DNA from: Octopus bimaculoides
Lineage: Eukaryota
Assembly (NCBI RefSeq): GCF_001194135.2
Contig: NC_068995.1
Coordinates: 29,622,948-29,660,925 of the forward strand
DNA: 37,978 nucleotides
Direction: 5' to 3'
Shown here: positions 35,270-37,978 of the stretch, piece by piece
How the letters are laid out: each line of letters starts with the position of its first letter
Numbering within the stretch: position 1 is the first letter of the stretch
Notes under the pieces: generated by a model
The model's database searches: none
What the model was told of the DNA's origin: nothing
Seen by the model: only the letters and a program-made list of their open reading frames with translations
Program-made: the position numbers and the translations under genes

Positions 35270-37978
35270 GGAAGGCCGGTTTATGGGATTACCTTAGGTT
35301 TCCCGTCCATAAAAGGTTTAGCATTATGGCGTATCGTCAGATCCCAAAACCTGTTGGCACAAGACCTCTTAAAAATATGGAGGAGAAAATGCTACATTGT
35401 TACTCAAAGGTAACAATGGGAATAATCTCGACTTCCAGCTGTGCTGCCATCTTGTGGGCTCAAAAAGGCAAGCAAGAACCTCCTAAAATGTAAACATGGT
35501 CCGAAAATATCCGTTCTTGAGTTAAGGATGTTCCCTGATTCGAGGGAGTTCTTAAGGATTTTCGCCCGTTCAGCTATGCATCATTTGCATCGTTTTGTCC
35601 TGTTGATGTAGGGACCTGGGTTCTCAAGAATTTTCCATGAGATCGAGTATGGAATCCCATCGTCTCTCAGTTGACATACATGGCTGGCTAATGATGTTAC
35701 TATCTCCTTTCCGGAGCTCTGAAGGACCTGTAGTTGGAGAGACGTTGCTCGAATGAGTTTCCGGAACATCCAATGTATCTCTGTGGGAGTGTGATGTTGG
35801 CGCTGTGTCTGTATCTGCTGGTGTTGCTGTTGTTGTTGTTGTTGCAGCCGTCATCGTTGTTGTTGGAGCAGGGATTGCTGCTGTTGGCTTCCGTGGGGAT
35901 GGTTGTGGTGGTGGTAGTGGTGGTGGTGGTGGTGGTGNNNNNNNNNNNNNNNNNNNNNNNNNNNNNNNNNNNNNNNNNNNNNNNNNNNNNNNNNNNNNNN
36001 NNNNNNNNNNNNNNNNNNNNNNNNNNNNNNNNNNNNNNNNNNNNNNNNNNNNNNNNNNNNNNNNNNNNNNNNNNNNNNNNNNNNNNNNNNNNNNNNNNNN
36101 NNNNNNNNNNNNNNNNNNNNNNNNNNNNNNNNNNNNNNNNNNNNNNNNNNNNNNNNNNNNNNNNNNNNNNNNNNNNNNNNNNNNNNNNNNNNNNNNNNNC
36201 GTCACTGCCGGTGATGGTGAAGGTGTTGTTGTTACCATGGCCCTCGTTATTAGTGGGAGAGTTGCCATTGCTGCTAGAGATGTAATTAACGGTGGTTCTG
36301 CTAGTGTCTCCGCTAGGGCCGCTGCCGCTGCCACCGCTGCCATTATTGCTATTATTGCTGTTACTGCTGGCGGTGGAACTGGACCTGTTGCTGCTGCTAT
36401 AGGGACTGTCGGGTCTGCTACTGTGAACGTTAGGGAAGATGCTAGTAATGCTGCTGCTGGTGGCGATGTTGCTGTTGTTGTTGCCGTCAATGCCGTCGAG
36501 GGAACTACCAATGCTGTCGCTGTCGCTGTCATTGTTATTGTTGTTAATGTTGTTAACTATGGGGATGGCGGCGGCTTTGCTGGCTCTGTTCCCGTATCTA
36601 CGGCTGCTACTGCTTTTACCAGTAGCATTTCCAGGGTTTGCTAGTACTCGGCTTCATAGACGACCCCTTTGGTTTCGCAATTGCCTCCCACCAGAGACTC
36701 TAACGTTGCGCTTTTTGAAAATGGCCCCCTGACTATGGGAGCTAGTGAATATTCTACCTACGGGCGTTTTGGGGTTAAGAGAGAAGTGGGAGTGGCAAAC
36801 CAAATGGTATTTCTGCAACACTTCCTTCTGCGGTCGTTGGGTTTCGGCATGTAGGAGATGCGGTCCCTAAATCCGCTGGCAGCTAGAGCCTCGTTGTAGT
36901 AAGGGGCCGCTGCATCGAAAATCTCTTGGCTGGAGGAAAGGTCCGTGATCCCCTAACATCCTTCACCAGGTTTTTGAACACGATCAGTGGATGACAGGAG
37001 GCTGTGTTGATGTACATTAACCTCTCGTCTAGTTTTTGGTAGGGCTTGTATGTACCGGAGCCCAAGTTGATGTTAGTCTCTAGGTGATTTTCAATCCCAT
37101 GGAGGCAAGCGTTCTGATTAGACCCTTTCTAAGCTTGTCTAGTGTATGCTCGGTTTTACTCTAGAGGTGACCAGGGCATCCTCTCTGTAGAGGCCAAAAA
37201 GGACAGAGGGGAACTTTTTCATAAGGGTATCGAGGATATAAAATCCGATGAGATCGCATACGTCAACGCTGTTGAAGGAGACCGTAGGTTTGGATTGCTT
37301 GACCATGCCTAACCTTTGTTGAACAGCACTGTTTTTCTGGCATGCATAATGACATCTATATCTCTGTCGCTAACGTCAGTGAAGCCTCTAGCGAAAGAAA
37401 GCGCCTTGGCCAGTAGCCCATTTGATATAGACGGGTAAAAGTCGTCTACATCAAACTGGGAGAACTTTGCTCTGTTTCTACTCTTGTTGGTATTAAACCA
37501 TGCGGTTACTTCATTGCTGTTGCGCCACGGGGAAAGGTTGGTGGCCCACCTTATGTCATTATTGATGTTTCTCAATCAATATGCGCTTGCTCGCCAGACT
37601 GATCTCGGATTTAGCCGGATTTATCAAGCGGCATTTAGGGTTTGAGGCCAAGTTCGGTTTATGATCGTTTATGGTAATGAAGGCGTTTCTTTTAGCTAGG
37701 ATCTCCACACTATCCGCTATCTCTAGTTCGTTAGCAAATTTTCAATGTTGTTATATGTGTGTGGGGAAGCGCACCTATAATTTTCAGTGATATTGTTTTC
37801 TAATAGTTTATCGTAATCGAGGATGTCTATCCTATATAAATTTTTCGTCTTCTCCGACAAGATTTAGTGACCTATCTGAGTCTTTTAGCAATCTAATGTC
37901 GGCCCGGAGATTCTGTTAGAAAGAGTAAGAGGACTTACGGAATTTCAGCTTGGGAATAATGCCCAGCAGGTCCACCTC
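35270..37978 (-). mobile_element. Penelope-like retroelement (RT + C-terminal GIY-YIG endonuclease, Naiad-like), decayed, runs off the window end
   Basis: Minus-strand translation across frameshifts gives PLE RT motifs AFITINDHKP..NPKCRLINPAKSEI, FSQFDVDDFYPSIS, VCDLIGFYIL, GLYREDAL (catalytic DD is ED at 37181-37183), YKPY..YINTASCHP and RNTIWF. These are followed by GGNCETKGVVYEAE, QRYIG, SISWKILE, RCK*CIAER and PCLHFRRFLL. Multiple stops and frameshifts are present. Confidence 0.92.
35278..35351 (-). ncRNA. Minimal type I hammerhead ribozyme motif at the PLE 3' end
   Basis: Minus strand reads GGUUUUGGGAU-CUGACGA-uacgCCAUAA..UUAUGGacgg-GAAA-CC uaa GG-UA-AUCCCAuAAACC. Core boxes are intact, helix I is 11 bp with one bulge, and the predicted cleavage site lies between 35290 and 35289. 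Confidence 0.8.

Noticed and set aside
35581-35583. In-frame TGA in the PLE Zn-binding motif (RCK*C) as selenocysteine, as reported for some Naiad PLEs
   Set aside because: The TGA occupies the Leu of CxLC, not a Cys. The second remnant has Leu here, TTA>TGA is a single change, and the element has many other disabling mutations.
35624-36644. 302-aa T/A/P-rich and 279-aa V/A/G-rich ORFs as mucin-like host genes
   Set aside because: They are alternative frames of the triplet-rich PLE spacer, span a gap, and end out of frame within the endonuclease.

Overview
This is eukaryotic, AT-rich, microsatellite-dense non-genic DNA with seven assembly gaps. The SINE content suggests a cephalopod (Octopus-like) genome, which is an inference. 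I found no supportable host gene, rRNA, true tRNA or CRISPR array, and almost all ORF-track entries are microsatellite or gap artefacts. The window is a stack of decayed transposons: several tRNA-derived SINE families, a DD37D (maT-like) and a DD34D mariner remnant, hAT and Tigger-like MITEs, CRE-like, R4/Dong-like and RTE-like non-LTR remnants, and two Penelope-like (PLE) remnants. Two signals absent from the ORF track stand out. (1) Four loci between 26.3 and 35.4 kb carry minimal type I hammerhead ribozyme motifs with a palindromic helix III. Three of them are built as outward-facing inverted (foldback) pairs, and one sits at the 3' end of the large PLE. (2) The GIY-YIG endonuclease of that PLE has a ~290-codon Ser/Asn/Gly/Thr-rich stretch between its GIY and YIG motifs, whereas a second PLE remnant in the same window has a 10-codon spacer at the same point. 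Boundaries of decayed repeats are approximate and were read by eye.
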